Shown here: piece after piece, positions 36,495 through 45,808 of the stretch
Numbering within the stretch: the stretch's first letter is position 1
Layout: each line of letters opens with the position of its first letter
IMG/VR virus record: IMGVR_UViG_3300042898_003801
Coordinates: 1 to 64,000 of that record
DNA: 64,000 bases
DNA from: an uncultured virus (IMG/VR IMGVR_UViG_3300042898_003801)
Lineage: Duplodnaviria; Heunggongvirae; Uroviricota; Caudoviricetes
Strand: one strand, 5' to 3'
Notes under the pieces: generated by a model
Told to the model about the DNA's origin: nothing
Seen by the model: the letters and a program-made list of their open reading frames with translations, nothing else
The model's database searches: none
Program-made: the position numbers and the translations under genes

Positions 36495-37216
36495 AGTTTT
36501 AATACGGATCCTATGATCTCGTGTCGCTGAATATCGCGAGCTGACAACTCGCACACAGCAATACCATTTACACCCCCTTCCTCCAGTCTTTGACAAAGGT
36601 CCATAAGGCCATTGTCGCCATTACTACGGTCGGCTTGTTCTATGTCTCCAGTGATCACAATTTTACTGTGTACACCTATACGGGTCATCAGCATCTTGGT
36701 CTGGGCGGGTGTTGCGTTTTGCATTTCATCTGCAATGATCCATGAGTTCTTGAAAGTTCTACCTCTCATAAACGCCAATGGGGCTATTTCTATCACTTGA
36801 TCTTCTATCATGCCTGCAATTTCCGGCGGGCGATAATACTCTCGTAACACATCCAATAACGGACGAGTCCACGGTTCCATTTTGGCAACCAAGTTGCCGG
36901 GTAAGAATCCATGTTGTTCACCTTCTACACCCACTGCTGGGCGTGTTAGTACTATACGTTCACAATCTCCTTCTTTTAGTGCTTTTACAGCGGCCTGCAT
37001 GGCAAGGTAAGTTTTACCAGTACCAGCGGGTCCTACTGTGACTACGATGTGTTGCGCTTCATCTTGAAGAGCCAGCACCAAGCGTTCCTGGTTCCTAGTT
37101 CTAGGAACCAATTCTACTCTGCGAGTGGATATTTTTGGAAGTGCTTGATTAAAACTTATAGTGTTTTCTACTGGATTCATATGACGATGTGCTTTTGCGG
37201 CTCTTTGTCTGCTCAA
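36482..37216 (-). CDS. phoH: PhoH-like ATPase
   Basis: GPAGTGKT, RPAV, GFLPG, MRGRTF, DEMQN, GD..Q.D. Confidence 0.95.
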   Translation of the reverse strand: MSRQRAAKAHRHMNPVENTISFNQALPKISTRRVELVPRTRNQERLVLALQDEAQHIVVTVGPAGTGKTYLAMQAAVKALKEGDCERIVLTRPAVGVEGEQHGFLPGNLVAKMEPWTRPLLDVLREYYRPPEIAGMIEDQVIEIAPLAFMRGRTFKNSWIIADEMQNATPAQTKMLMTRIGVHSKIVITGDIEQADRSNGDNGLMDLCQRLEEGGVNGIAVCELSARDIQRHEIIGSVLKLYTD

Positions 37217-37386
37217 GTGCTATTCTCCATATGGTTAAATGCCAACAATTACTGCTGGCAAAGTATTTAGGCATAGGCAACCAAAAGTTTAGTGGGTATT
37301 GATATTTTGTAAAATTGAACTAAGTATTAGGCTGTCCTGTAACATCATTTTATTACCACTATGATAATAATCTTAAATAACAGTGC

Positions 37387-38037
37387 ATGTTAACTTCGAT
37401 CAAAGAAATTTCAAATCACCCGATTGTAATATTATTGTACCAAGCTGGATCTAGCGGCGAATTCTTATCGTATGCGTTGACCCAAAGCATTAGTCAATTT
37501 ACAAAAATGAAAACGCTTTGGGAAAATAATAATCGATGTGTAGTTCAAGATTATTTTGGAAGAACCCTATTATTTGGACCAATCACTGAAGATATTTTAT
37601 TGCCTAGGATTAATTTGTTTTTTGAAATGGCCAAATCAAAAGGTGTAAGGCACATGGGATTATCGCATCACAATCCGCATCAAATTGATTTTATTAAAAA
37701 TTACGGTGCAACATGGCCTGTAATTGAAATTACAACCTTACAACCTGTAAGCATTAAGTTTCGAAAATTAGCTGGTGCTAGCAAAATACCCAAAAAGTAC
37801 CAGTTAAGCCCTTTCAACGAAAATGAAGAAGTCACCACTGCGTTGGATATAGGATTCATCCCAGATCATCATTTGCAGATAGAATGGAGTGAATTATTTT
37901 TAACCGATATTCGCACAACATATTTTAAAATATTAAAATTTCTTGATTGCGCCGGTGATGTGGATTATTTTGTTGATATAGTTAATGATTATGTCAACAA
38001 CAATCAAAACTTAATACAGTCTGTTTATGAAAATTAA
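37387..38037 (+). CDS. Sulfotransferase-like (P-loop) protein
   Basis: YQAGSSGEFL; I.W.ELF...I..FL; AT-rich. Confidence 0.4.
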   Translation: MLTSIKEISNHPIVILLYQAGSSGEFLSYALTQSISQFTKMKTLWENNNRCVVQDYFGRTLLFGPITEDILLPRINLFFEMAKSKGVRHMGLSHHNPHQIDFIKNYGATWPVIEITTLQPVSIKFRKLAGASKIPKKYQLSPFNENEEVTTALDIGFIPDHHLQIEWSELFLTDIRTTYFKILKFLDCAGDVDYFVDIVNDYVNNNQNLIQSVYEN

Positions 38038-38737
38038 ACATTTACGCACCATTGGAGATGGATTTTGTTTTAATCATTACTGGCCAATGTGGAGCCAGTT
38101 ATTGGCAGAAATTTTAGACTGTGAATGGCAAAATTTTTCATTGCCTGGACTTGGCAATGAAGCTATAGCCAACATTGTGCTTGATCAGGTGTCAGCCGAA
38201 GATTTACCAAACACCTTATGGGTGATTCAGTGGGCCGAACCTAAAAGACTAGATTTTAGAGTAGATACTATTAACCCTGCATTTTTAAAAGAAACAGAGT
38301 CAGACCCAATTTACTATAAAAACTTTATCACCACAGCGCAAGGAAGGAAATACTGGTCTAGTAGTGCTAGTATTTTGCCTTGGGTAGCCGAACAACGAAA
38401 TTTAATAACATTAGAACAATACCAAGATCGACAAAAATTATTTGAATTAGCAGTTACACATGCATTGGAAAAAGCTGGCGTAAAATGGCAATATATCTCT
38501 ACCCCGGCCATGATGAGTTTTTTAAAACAAAGCAAGTATTTTGATCTTGATGTAGGAGAAATACAACCAGTGAGTTCCGTACATTTGGACTTTTTAGAAC
38601 AGTTTGTACTACCGAGATTAGACATTGATACCTCCAGATTGGATAATATTCGTGAAAAAACACTTCTCGTCGATCAAGAACGCAAACATAGCAATCAATT
38701 TGTGCCTTGGGACAGAAATATGCATAAACGAGTTTGA
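38027..38737 (+). CDS. SGNH-like protein (nucleophile Ser replaced)
   Basis: IGDGF, WS.LL, GLGN..I, QW...R.D, QP...H. Confidence 0.55.
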   Translation: MKIKHLRTIGDGFCFNHYWPMWSQLLAEILDCEWQNFSLPGLGNEAIANIVLDQVSAEDLPNTLWVIQWAEPKRLDFRVDTINPAFLKETESDPIYYKNFITTAQGRKYWSSSASILPWVAEQRNLITLEQYQDRQKLFELAVTHALEKAGVKWQYISTPAMMSFLKQSKYFDLDVGEIQPVSSVHLDFLEQFVLPRLDIDTSRLDNIREKTLLVDQERKHSNQFVPWDRNMHKRV

Positions 38738-38751
38738 CCATAAATAATCAT

Positions 38752-39354
38752 ATGGGACTCAAAGATCAAGAATTATTTAAAGACCACAGTGATTACTGGC
38801 AGGTTGCGGAGAACATCCGCGACATCTATCTTTCTGAAGGCAGTTTGTTAAGTTTGTTAGACTTTGAAAGAGTACTTGATGAACTGGATTTATATGCTTT
38901 TAAAAACTGGGCTATTGGCGAACTGGTGCAAGGTCCTGATATAGGCAAGTATCGTGTGGGTTGTATTTTTATGTGGCCAGAAAAACTCATGCCAGACCCG
39001 CGTGGTGCAAAACGTTTACTGCCATTTGACTGTGAAGTTCGCTATAAAAAAACCAATATGAAAATTCCTGTTAAAATTGAAGACCCTAGTGATTTTCGCC
39101 CAGGCACGCACAAGGCCAAAATTGTAGAGAAAAAAGTTTGGCTGGTAGAAATAGTCATGCCCAAGGCACTGATGAGTGACATACGCACCGGTTCAGTTGA
39201 ATTAGAGGATCAAGATATCGATCTTGAAGATTTAGATAGCGCCTACGAGCAAGATCTAGATCAACAGTCATTCCAGACTGATAATAATGCACAACAACAA
39301 AATGCACAACAACAGCAATCACAAACAGCCATCCAGCCACCAGTCGCTATTTGA
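38752..39354 (+). CDS. Late hypothetical protein
   Basis: LLDFERVLDELDLYAFKNW..GELV.GP...MPDP.G..RL; TAAATA upstream. Confidence 0.75.
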   Translation: MGLKDQELFKDHSDYWQVAENIRDIYLSEGSLLSLLDFERVLDELDLYAFKNWAIGELVQGPDIGKYRVGCIFMWPEKLMPDPRGAKRLLPFDCEVRYKKTNMKIPVKIEDPSDFRPGTHKAKIVEKKVWLVEIVMPKALMSDIRTGSVELEDQDIDLEDLDSAYEQDLDQQSFQTDNNAQQQNAQQQQSQTAIQPPVAI

Positions 39355-39874
39355 AAGCCTAGGATACAAGGATCTTGAGGGTTTGTTAAAACCCACAATT
39401 CACGTTGACGAATTTTCTAGTAAAATGGGCGATGACGATGATATTATTGTGTTGAGTTTTTTTGTGCGTGATCAACAAGCTGCCAAGGACCTAATGAACT
39501 GGTTTGAAAAAGGCTATGACTTTGTGGTTGACGCAGACAAAAGCCCAGGAGAAATTCGTCCCAATCGTTATTTGGTCTATGTAGAAATACGTCGCCGTAG
39601 CACTGCTGCTGGTCATGTAGAAACACTGTTGACAGATTTAGACACGCTGACAGAATTTGGGTCAGACGATTGGTTAATGCATTACGATGGAAAAGAAGTG
39701 CCATTCTCACGTGACGCATTTGAATCTATGGTGCCAATGAGTCCAAAAGCATATCGCAAAATACACGATGAAGATCTCAACGAAGTTCGTGTGGCAGCTG
39801 GATTACCTACAAAATCTATCTATGAAAAAGACGATCCTGCCATTCGAGCAATGCAACACGCTGCAGGAATTTAA
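39287..39874 (+). CDS. Late hypothetical protein (start uncertain)
   Basis: DEFSSKMG.D...F..GY.FV.DAD.S.GE. Confidence 0.7.
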   Translation: MHNNKMHNNSNHKQPSSHQSLFESLGYKDLEGLLKPTIHVDEFSSKMGDDDDIIVLSFFVRDQQAAKDLMNWFEKGYDFVVDADKSPGEIRPNRYLVYVEIRRRSTAAGHVETLLTDLDTLTEFGSDDWLMHYDGKEVPFSRDAFESMVPMSPKAYRKIHDEDLNEVRVAAGLPTKSIYEKDDPAIRAMQHAAGI

Positions 39875-39906
39875 ACATTGTTCTAAAACTAGGTATATAA
39901 TTACCT

Positions 39907-40635
39907 ATGATACTTAAAAGTTTTGGATGTAGTTTTATTTTTGGTAGCGAGTTGGCAGAAGACAGAATGCACACGCGGATGTATCCTTCGCCAGACGAGA
40001 AAAACAGGCAACATGTTACTGGGAGTCGGTTAACATGGCCAGCATTACTTGCAAAACATTACAATTATCAATATCAAACATATGCGAAACCAGGGTCTGG
40101 CAATCTACAAATTTTAGAACGCATGATGAGTCATTTTGCTGACCCAGTGAATGACGATACAATTTGTGTTGTTGGTTGGTCTTGGATAGATCGATTTGAC
40201 TATTGTGTAAAAAATTCTACATGGCCAGGAGCACCATGGGCCACTATAATGCCAAATGACGAGAACGAAACTGCTAAAATTTATTATAGAGATTTACACT
40301 CTGAATTACAGGATAAGTTGGTTAATTTATTGTATATACGTCAAGCAATTGATTTTCTCAAAGAAAAACAAATTCCATTTTTAATGACCTACATGGATCA
40401 TCTGTTATTCGATACTCGATGGAATACCACGCCAGCAGTGACAGAACTGCAAACATATATAAAACCATATATGACAACATTTGAAGGATTAAATTTCCAA
40501 GAATGGACCAAAAAAAATAATTTTCCTATAGGTAAAAATGGTCATCCATTGGAATCGGCTCATCAAGCTGCTAGTGAGTACATAATCAAACTTTTTGGTA
40601 CGAAAAGTATAGGCGTTCATTGCCATCCTTCTTGA
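39907..40635 (+). CDS. SGNH-like hydrolase/acyltransferase
   Basis: FGCSF, TWP..L, GSGN, WSW..RFD, HPLESAH; paralogue of 22333. Confidence 0.7.
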   Translation: MILKSFGCSFIFGSELAEDRMHTRMYPSPDEKNRQHVTGSRLTWPALLAKHYNYQYQTYAKPGSGNLQILERMMSHFADPVNDDTICVVGWSWIDRFDYCVKNSTWPGAPWATIMPNDENETAKIYYRDLHSELQDKLVNLLYIRQAIDFLKEKQIPFLMTYMDHLLFDTRWNTTPAVTELQTYIKPYMTTFEGLNFQEWTKKNNFPIGKNGHPLESAHQAASEYIIKLFGTKSIGVHCHPS

Positions 40636-41311
40636 ATTCTAATAATTTAAGATTGTATTTTTCAGCAAATTCATTTACTATTTCAAACGTCCAAGGGAAT
40701 ATATCCACATAAGGACCTGTCTTGTGTGTGATTCCTGGATTGGCACGTAAATAAAATTTACCTCCAGTTATCAATAAATCCACGCAGTGGGAAAACCTTG
40801 CTTCAATTTCGTCTTGGCTGTTAAAGTTAATTGATCCCAGTGCAAGTATGTGATCGTGTTTGTGCTTAACTTTATAGTCTAATATGTCAACTTCAAAGTC
40901 TGCACAGTTATTATAAGGATCGATTCCTACTAGGTTCTGTATGCGTCCTTTGAATGGATGATATCCACACCCTACATCTAAAACCGCCTGGGGATTTTGT
41001 TTATTAATTTCTTCAGCCAGTGCCCATCCGGTGTAGTCATAATCGCCAGTGCGCGGTTTCCAAATTTCAGCAAAAAACCTGTGCGTGTAACGCTCGCTTA
41101 GATCATCCACAATAGTTTTTAATGTACCTATATAATCACACGGTAAACTGAGTTGGGCATCTACTGCGTCTTTAAACTTGCCATAGCGAGCAGGAGTCCA
41201 CGGCAACTGATCCACGTGTGTGTCTTTGTCTATGACAATATTCTGGTATTTTGGTAAATTAAAAGCTGTGTGCAAATTTTCTTTAATCAAGTTAAAAATT
41301 TTAGTATTCAT
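40586..41311 (-). CDS. Class I SAM-dependent methyltransferase with N-terminal extra domain
   Basis: VLDVGCG, GIDP, LGSINF. Confidence 0.8.
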   Translation of the reverse strand: MNTKIFNLIKENLHTAFNLPKYQNIVIDKDTHVDQLPWTPARYGKFKDAVDAQLSLPCDYIGTLKTIVDDLSERYTHRFFAEIWKPRTGDYDYTGWALAEEINKQNPQAVLDVGCGYHPFKGRIQNLVGIDPYNNCADFEVDILDYKVKHKHDHILALGSINFNSQDEIEARFSHCVDLLITGGKFYLRANPGITHKTGPYVDIFPWTFEIVNEFAEKYNLKLLEFKKDGNERLYFSYQKV

Positions 41312-41450
41312 TAGATTTTTCTCATATTAGATAAATAATTTTACAACAGAGACAAAAATTTTGCCTCTGTTGTGTTTTTTCATATATATTTAAGGAGAAT
41401 TTATGAACACAAAAGATTTTGTCTGACAGAATTAAAACATTACTTTTTAA

Positions 41451-42068
41451 ATGAAACACATTAAACAATATAAAACATTAGGAATATTATTTGCTCCTGC
41501 ACTTGGTGGAAACCATATTGCTAACATGATTTCAACTTCTCCTCACGTGGAAAATAGAATTAAAACTGCCCAGTACGAGCAAAATCTAATAGATTTATAT
41601 AGTAATTCAAAAGGATACATGTTTCATGCTGAGGAATTTTTAAATTTTAGTTCAGAGGATTATACTAAATCGTATAATTTGGTTTTAGAAAATAAATTGT
41701 CTACTGTTTTGCCAGGCCATATGGAAGATGCATATTGGGTTTTGAATAAATTAAAACCACTGGGCAAAATGGGGTTTATTACTATGGAAGTATTCAATAT
41801 AGATATTTTTAATTTTTATAAAAATATTAATACTAGATCCTACGTAGAAAATTATAATCCCTATATATATCGATTTATGTACACTAAAGATGTTGCATCA
41901 CGATTATTAGATATACCAATGGACGATGGGTATGTTATTGACGCTGAAAAAATAATCCAGCCGGACATCACTGAATTATTAAACAATTTAAATGATGAGT
42001 TACAGTTGGATATGAATCTTACACTGTGCAAAGAGTTGCACAGCATGAGATATAAAAAAATACATTAA
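41451..42068 (+). CDS. Sulfotransferase-like (P-loop) protein
   Basis: FAPALGGNHIAN...PGH; AT-rich. Confidence 0.45.
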   Translation: MKHIKQYKTLGILFAPALGGNHIANMISTSPHVENRIKTAQYEQNLIDLYSNSKGYMFHAEEFLNFSSEDYTKSYNLVLENKLSTVLPGHMEDAYWVLNKLKPLGKMGFITMEVFNIDIFNFYKNINTRSYVENYNPYIYRFMYTKDVASRLLDIPMDDGYVIDAEKIIQPDITELLNNLNDELQLDMNLTLCKELHSMRYKKIH

Positions 42069-42080
42069 AAGGAAAAACAA

Positions 42081-43058
42081 ATGAAAAAAATACTAGCACT
42101 GATACTTGCTACCGCAAGCATGTTAGCACAGGCATGGGAACCAACCAAGCCAGTACAAGTCTATATCGGTAACACGCCTGGAGCCGGGAACGAAATGGCC
42201 TTTAGAAAACTAGCACAGATTGTACAAAAAGAAAATCCTAAATTTGTCTATGTTGTACAAAACATTCCCGGAGCAGACTCAGTCATAGCCAACAACCGGT
42301 TTTTAGAAGCCACAAACGATGGGCATACCATTAACTTGCCAAGTCACATGAGCAGTTATGTTACAAATGATATCTGGGAAAAGTCAATTAAGAAATACAA
42401 CTACGACAGTTTCGTAGATGTGTTGACCATGGGTAAATCACCATTGGTGTTGGTTGCTAATCCCAAGAGCGGCATTAATACTCCACAGGAGTTTGTGAAG
42501 TATATTCAATCTGGTAGAACTATTAGCATTGCTGTAGGCGGTGGAGCACATAGAACAGCATTTGAATATTTGATGGACAAAGGTCGAGGCAACAAAGACA
42601 CAGTCAAACCCATCAAGTTTAACGGACCAATGCCTGCTGTGACCAGCGTGGCATCATTTGATCCTAAGACAGGAGGAACAGAATTTGGCATCATTCCCAT
42701 TGCTGTGGCCAAGGCCTTGGTGGATGCAGGCAAAGTCAAACCCATTGGATTCACTGGTACACGTAAGATGGCACAATTTCCAGAAGTTCCGTTGTTGAAC
42801 ACCATTGCACCTGGGATCAATGTGTATGCGGCTTGGTCAATTCAATTGCCTCCTGGCACAGACAAGGACATTGTGGCCTGGTATCAACTGCAATTCAGTC
42901 GTGCAGTTCGTAGCGCAGAATACAAAGAGTACATGGATGCCAACGTTATATTCTACGCAGAAGATGAACTTACTCCTGCAGGATTAAAGCGCAACATGGA
43001 CGAACTACGTGCTACCTTTTTACCAGTACTGAGTCGAATTGATTTAAGTAAAGAATGA
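42081..43058 (+). CDS. Bug/TctC tripartite tricarboxylate transporter substrate-binding protein
   Basis: Signal peptide; W.PTKPV......PGAG, V.N.PGA, DGHT, P.VLV, P.VP, PPGT...V. Confidence 0.85.
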   Translation: MKKILALILATASMLAQAWEPTKPVQVYIGNTPGAGNEMAFRKLAQIVQKENPKFVYVVQNIPGADSVIANNRFLEATNDGHTINLPSHMSSYVTNDIWEKSIKKYNYDSFVDVLTMGKSPLVLVANPKSGINTPQEFVKYIQSGRTISIAVGGGAHRTAFEYLMDKGRGNKDTVKPIKFNGPMPAVTSVASFDPKTGGTEFGIIPIAVAKALVDAGKVKPIGFTGTRKMAQFPEVPLLNTIAPGINVYAAWSIQLPPGTDKDIVAWYQLQFSRAVRSAEYKEYMDANVIFYAEDELTPAGLKRNMDELRATFLPVLSRIDLSKE

Positions 43059-43684
43059 AATATATCTTTGTAGCCGGTGCTCCGGGCTCTAAATGGAGCA
43101 GTGTGGTCAAAAACATCTACTATAGTCCTAGCATTGATCGTTCGGACTATAGAGATGAATGGACCTATTATCATGACGCTTCGGGCACCCGGGAACTAAT
43201 GCATCTGGGTGCTTACTTTGACCCAGGTATGATTTCTCCCTTGCCCGAAGATTTAACAACATTAGATAGAGAACAATTGGAAGAGATATTTGCCGAGCCG
43301 TTTCAATTTAAAGAATCCAAGGGTACGCGAATTATCAAAAGCCATGTGTTTTCAAATCATATTGATTATCTGAGAAAATTGTTCCCCGAAGTGCCCATTG
43401 TGATTGTGCATCGCAATGACGATTCGTGCCTGGGCTGGTGGGTAAAATGCGGGCATTTTGATATCACATATCCTGACTATCATGAGTATTTCAAAGATCT
43501 CAAACACATGGCCCAAATCATTCGAAGACAAAATGCTGATATTTTGGCGGCTTGGTGGAAATACAATGATAAACCTGTAATGGACAATAATCTCCGATTG
43601 GCAGCGGCCCTGGGCATAGAACCACCTCCTGCAGAATACACACAAGAATACGTAGTAAGCGATATAAGGGTAAAAGTAATATGA
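43055..43684 (+). CDS. Sulfotransferase-like (P-loop) protein
   Basis: IFVAGAPGSKWS; IIKSH; IVIVHR. Confidence 0.5.
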   Translation: MKYIFVAGAPGSKWSSVVKNIYYSPSIDRSDYRDEWTYYHDASGTRELMHLGAYFDPGMISPLPEDLTTLDREQLEEIFAEPFQFKESKGTRIIKSHVFSNHIDYLRKLFPEVPIVIVHRNDDSCLGWWVKCGHFDITYPDYHEYFKDLKHMAQIIRRQNADILAAWWKYNDKPVMDNNLRLAAALGIEPPPAEYTQEYVVSDIRVKVI

Positions 43685-44340
43685 TAACAGACGAATTTAA
43701 AAGCAGTTGGGATTTTACAAAGAGTTACAGTACATATCATTTTGACAGCGTCAAAATAGATCGATTTGAAGATGTGATTGCACATCTAGGACATATTGAA
43801 CCCACATGGCAAGCTGATCTTGAAGACATTGTTGCTAACTCAAACCCAGCCACTTGGGAAACTCGCGGTTACAAAGGTGAAGGTATTCCTCCTCCGCGTG
43901 AAGATTTGTTGGCAGAAGAATATGATATTGAACGGGTAGGCGCTGATCCCAAAATGATCATCACCCATATCAATTGGCGTATTCCCGATTCGTTGCAAGC
44001 AATTACTGCGGCATTTGGCCTAGATGATTGCATGGAACGCATACACGTACAGCAACCTGGAGAAGTGTGGAACCTACACATAGATAAACTGCAGAAATGG
44101 TGCCCTGAAGATCCGTCAAAGATAGGACGTTATTTTGTACAATTAACAGACTGGCAACCTGGGCAGTTCTGGGAGTATGGTAATTATCACTGGAACCAAT
44201 GGCGTGCCGGCGATGTCAGCACATTTGACTGGGCCAACATGCCACACTCTACAGCCAATGCTGGCCATTATCCCAGAGTTACATTCCAGTTAACTGGTGT
44301 TATTACAGAAAAGACTAAAGCATTTTTAGCCACACTATGA
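43681..44340 (+). CDS. 2OG-Fe(II) oxygenase/double-stranded beta-helix protein
   Basis: PG.V..LHID...PHSTAN....R..FQ.TG (HxD...H). Confidence 0.65.
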   Translation: MITDEFKSSWDFTKSYSTYHFDSVKIDRFEDVIAHLGHIEPTWQADLEDIVANSNPATWETRGYKGEGIPPPREDLLAEEYDIERVGADPKMIITHINWRIPDSLQAITAAFGLDDCMERIHVQQPGEVWNLHIDKLQKWCPEDPSKIGRYFVQLTDWQPGQFWEYGNYHWNQWRAGDVSTFDWANMPHSTANAGHYPRVTFQLTGVITEKTKAFLATL

Positions 44341-44963
44341 AAACTCTATTAATCATTACTGGTCCGCAAGGGTCTGGTAATCATTTATGGTCAAAAATCT
44401 TTGCGCTACACCCAGATGTGTATGGCTGGCACACCCTGTTACATGAATACTGGATAGGGCATGATCAAGAACCTTTTGCAGATTGTTGGGCTGATCCCGA
44501 CGAGTTAAAAGAATTTGACTGGGGTGAATGCAAGTACTTTGTCACAAGTGTAAGTACTCCGTACATGCTCAACGGTGAACGTACCATACCCAACATTGTG
44601 CGTTTTGCTGCCACAGCCCTGGGACTGGGCATACGGGTAAAAATTGCCATCATTGGACGTGATCGTAATATATTACAGTATCAAGAGACTCGTGTACGTG
44701 GAGAACCCACATTCGATATAGCACTAGCAGAATATGAAAAATTAACAACATGGAATCCTGTATTCTTAAGTTATGAATTGTTGCATCTTTATGGTGATCT
44801 TTATCTACAACAGCTATCTGATCAATTGGAGTTCCCTATTGATTATTCTAGTCCCCAACTGGAAAATATTTTACAGGATGATACAAACAGTAAGTACTTT
44901 CAACCAGTGACACATCATCCTACAGATGATTTAGCACGACATACTTCAAGGAAATGGCGATGA
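44337..44963 (+). CDS. Sulfotransferase-like (P-loop) protein
   Basis: IITGPQGSGN, F..HP, IIGRD, FLSYE. Confidence 0.55.
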   Translation: MKTLLIITGPQGSGNHLWSKIFALHPDVYGWHTLLHEYWIGHDQEPFADCWADPDELKEFDWGECKYFVTSVSTPYMLNGERTIPNIVRFAATALGLGIRVKIAIIGRDRNILQYQETRVRGEPTFDIALAEYEKLTTWNPVFLSYELLHLYGDLYLQQLSDQLEFPIDYSSPQLENILQDDTNSKYFQPVTHHPTDDLARHTSRKWR

Positions 44964-45757
44964 CAGCACAACGTATATTAATCATGGGCTTGCCCGGCGC
45001 AGGCAAAACATATCTAGCACAGCACATATTAGACCACTTGCAGGCAGAACGCAAACGTGTGCATTGGCTCAATGCCGACGATGTGCGTAAAGAATACAAC
45101 GACTGGGACTTTACTGAAGCAGGCCGTATTCGACAGAGTGTGCGTATGCGTACACTAGCAGATTCATTCACTGACGTAGACTACGTAATCTGTGACTTTG
45201 TTGCACCACTGGTAGAAATGCGCAACAACTTCAAAGCAGACTGGTGTGTGTGGGTTGACACCATTGACAAAGGTCGTTTTGAAGATACCAACCGAGCGTT
45301 TATTCCTCCAGAAGTTTATGACTTCCGTATTACAGAACAAAAGTCAGAGAAATGGGGTGAATTCATCGCCGCACACATATTAGATAATAGACGCCGTCCT
45401 GTGTTTGATTGGCAACGAGAAACTGTACAGATGCTGGGCCGTTGGCAACCGTGGCATGCCGGTCATCGTGCGCTGTTTGAACGTGCTATCGCTAAAACTG
45501 GACAAGTGGTTATTCAAATACGTGACTGTCAGGGATGGCAAGGTAGTAACCCGTTTGAAATAGACAAAGTCAAATCATTTATCAAACGTGATTTGGACAT
45601 GCTATATCAAGGTCAATATGAAATTCAAGTTGTGCCCAACATTGTTAATATCACTTACGGTCGAGATGTGGGTTATAAGATTGAACAAGAATCATTTGAC
45701 GAAAAAACTCATGCTATCAGCGCCACTGAAATTAGAAAACAAATGGGACTCAAATAA
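44960..45757 (+). CDS. Adenylylsulfate-kinase-like domain fused to HxGH nucleotidyltransferase domain
   Basis: GLPGAGKT, NAD.VR, F...GR, FVAP, F.PP; then GRWQPWHAGH...ISATEIR. Confidence 0.8.
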   Translation: MTAQRILIMGLPGAGKTYLAQHILDHLQAERKRVHWLNADDVRKEYNDWDFTEAGRIRQSVRMRTLADSFTDVDYVICDFVAPLVEMRNNFKADWCVWVDTIDKGRFEDTNRAFIPPEVYDFRITEQKSEKWGEFIAAHILDNRRRPVFDWQRETVQMLGRWQPWHAGHRALFERAIAKTGQVVIQIRDCQGWQGSNPFEIDKVKSFIKRDLDMLYQGQYEIQVVPNIVNITYGRDVGYKIEQESFDEKTHAISATEIRKQMGLK

Positions 45758-45808
45758 AGAAACTTTTAATTATTGTTTTTTACTTTCAGAAAATAATATA
45801 ATCATCTA

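Noticed and set aside
39280..39330. CAA-rich low-complexity tract as a functional repeat
   Set aside because: Encodes the Gln-rich tail of 38752-39354 overlapping the next ORF; no further structure evident
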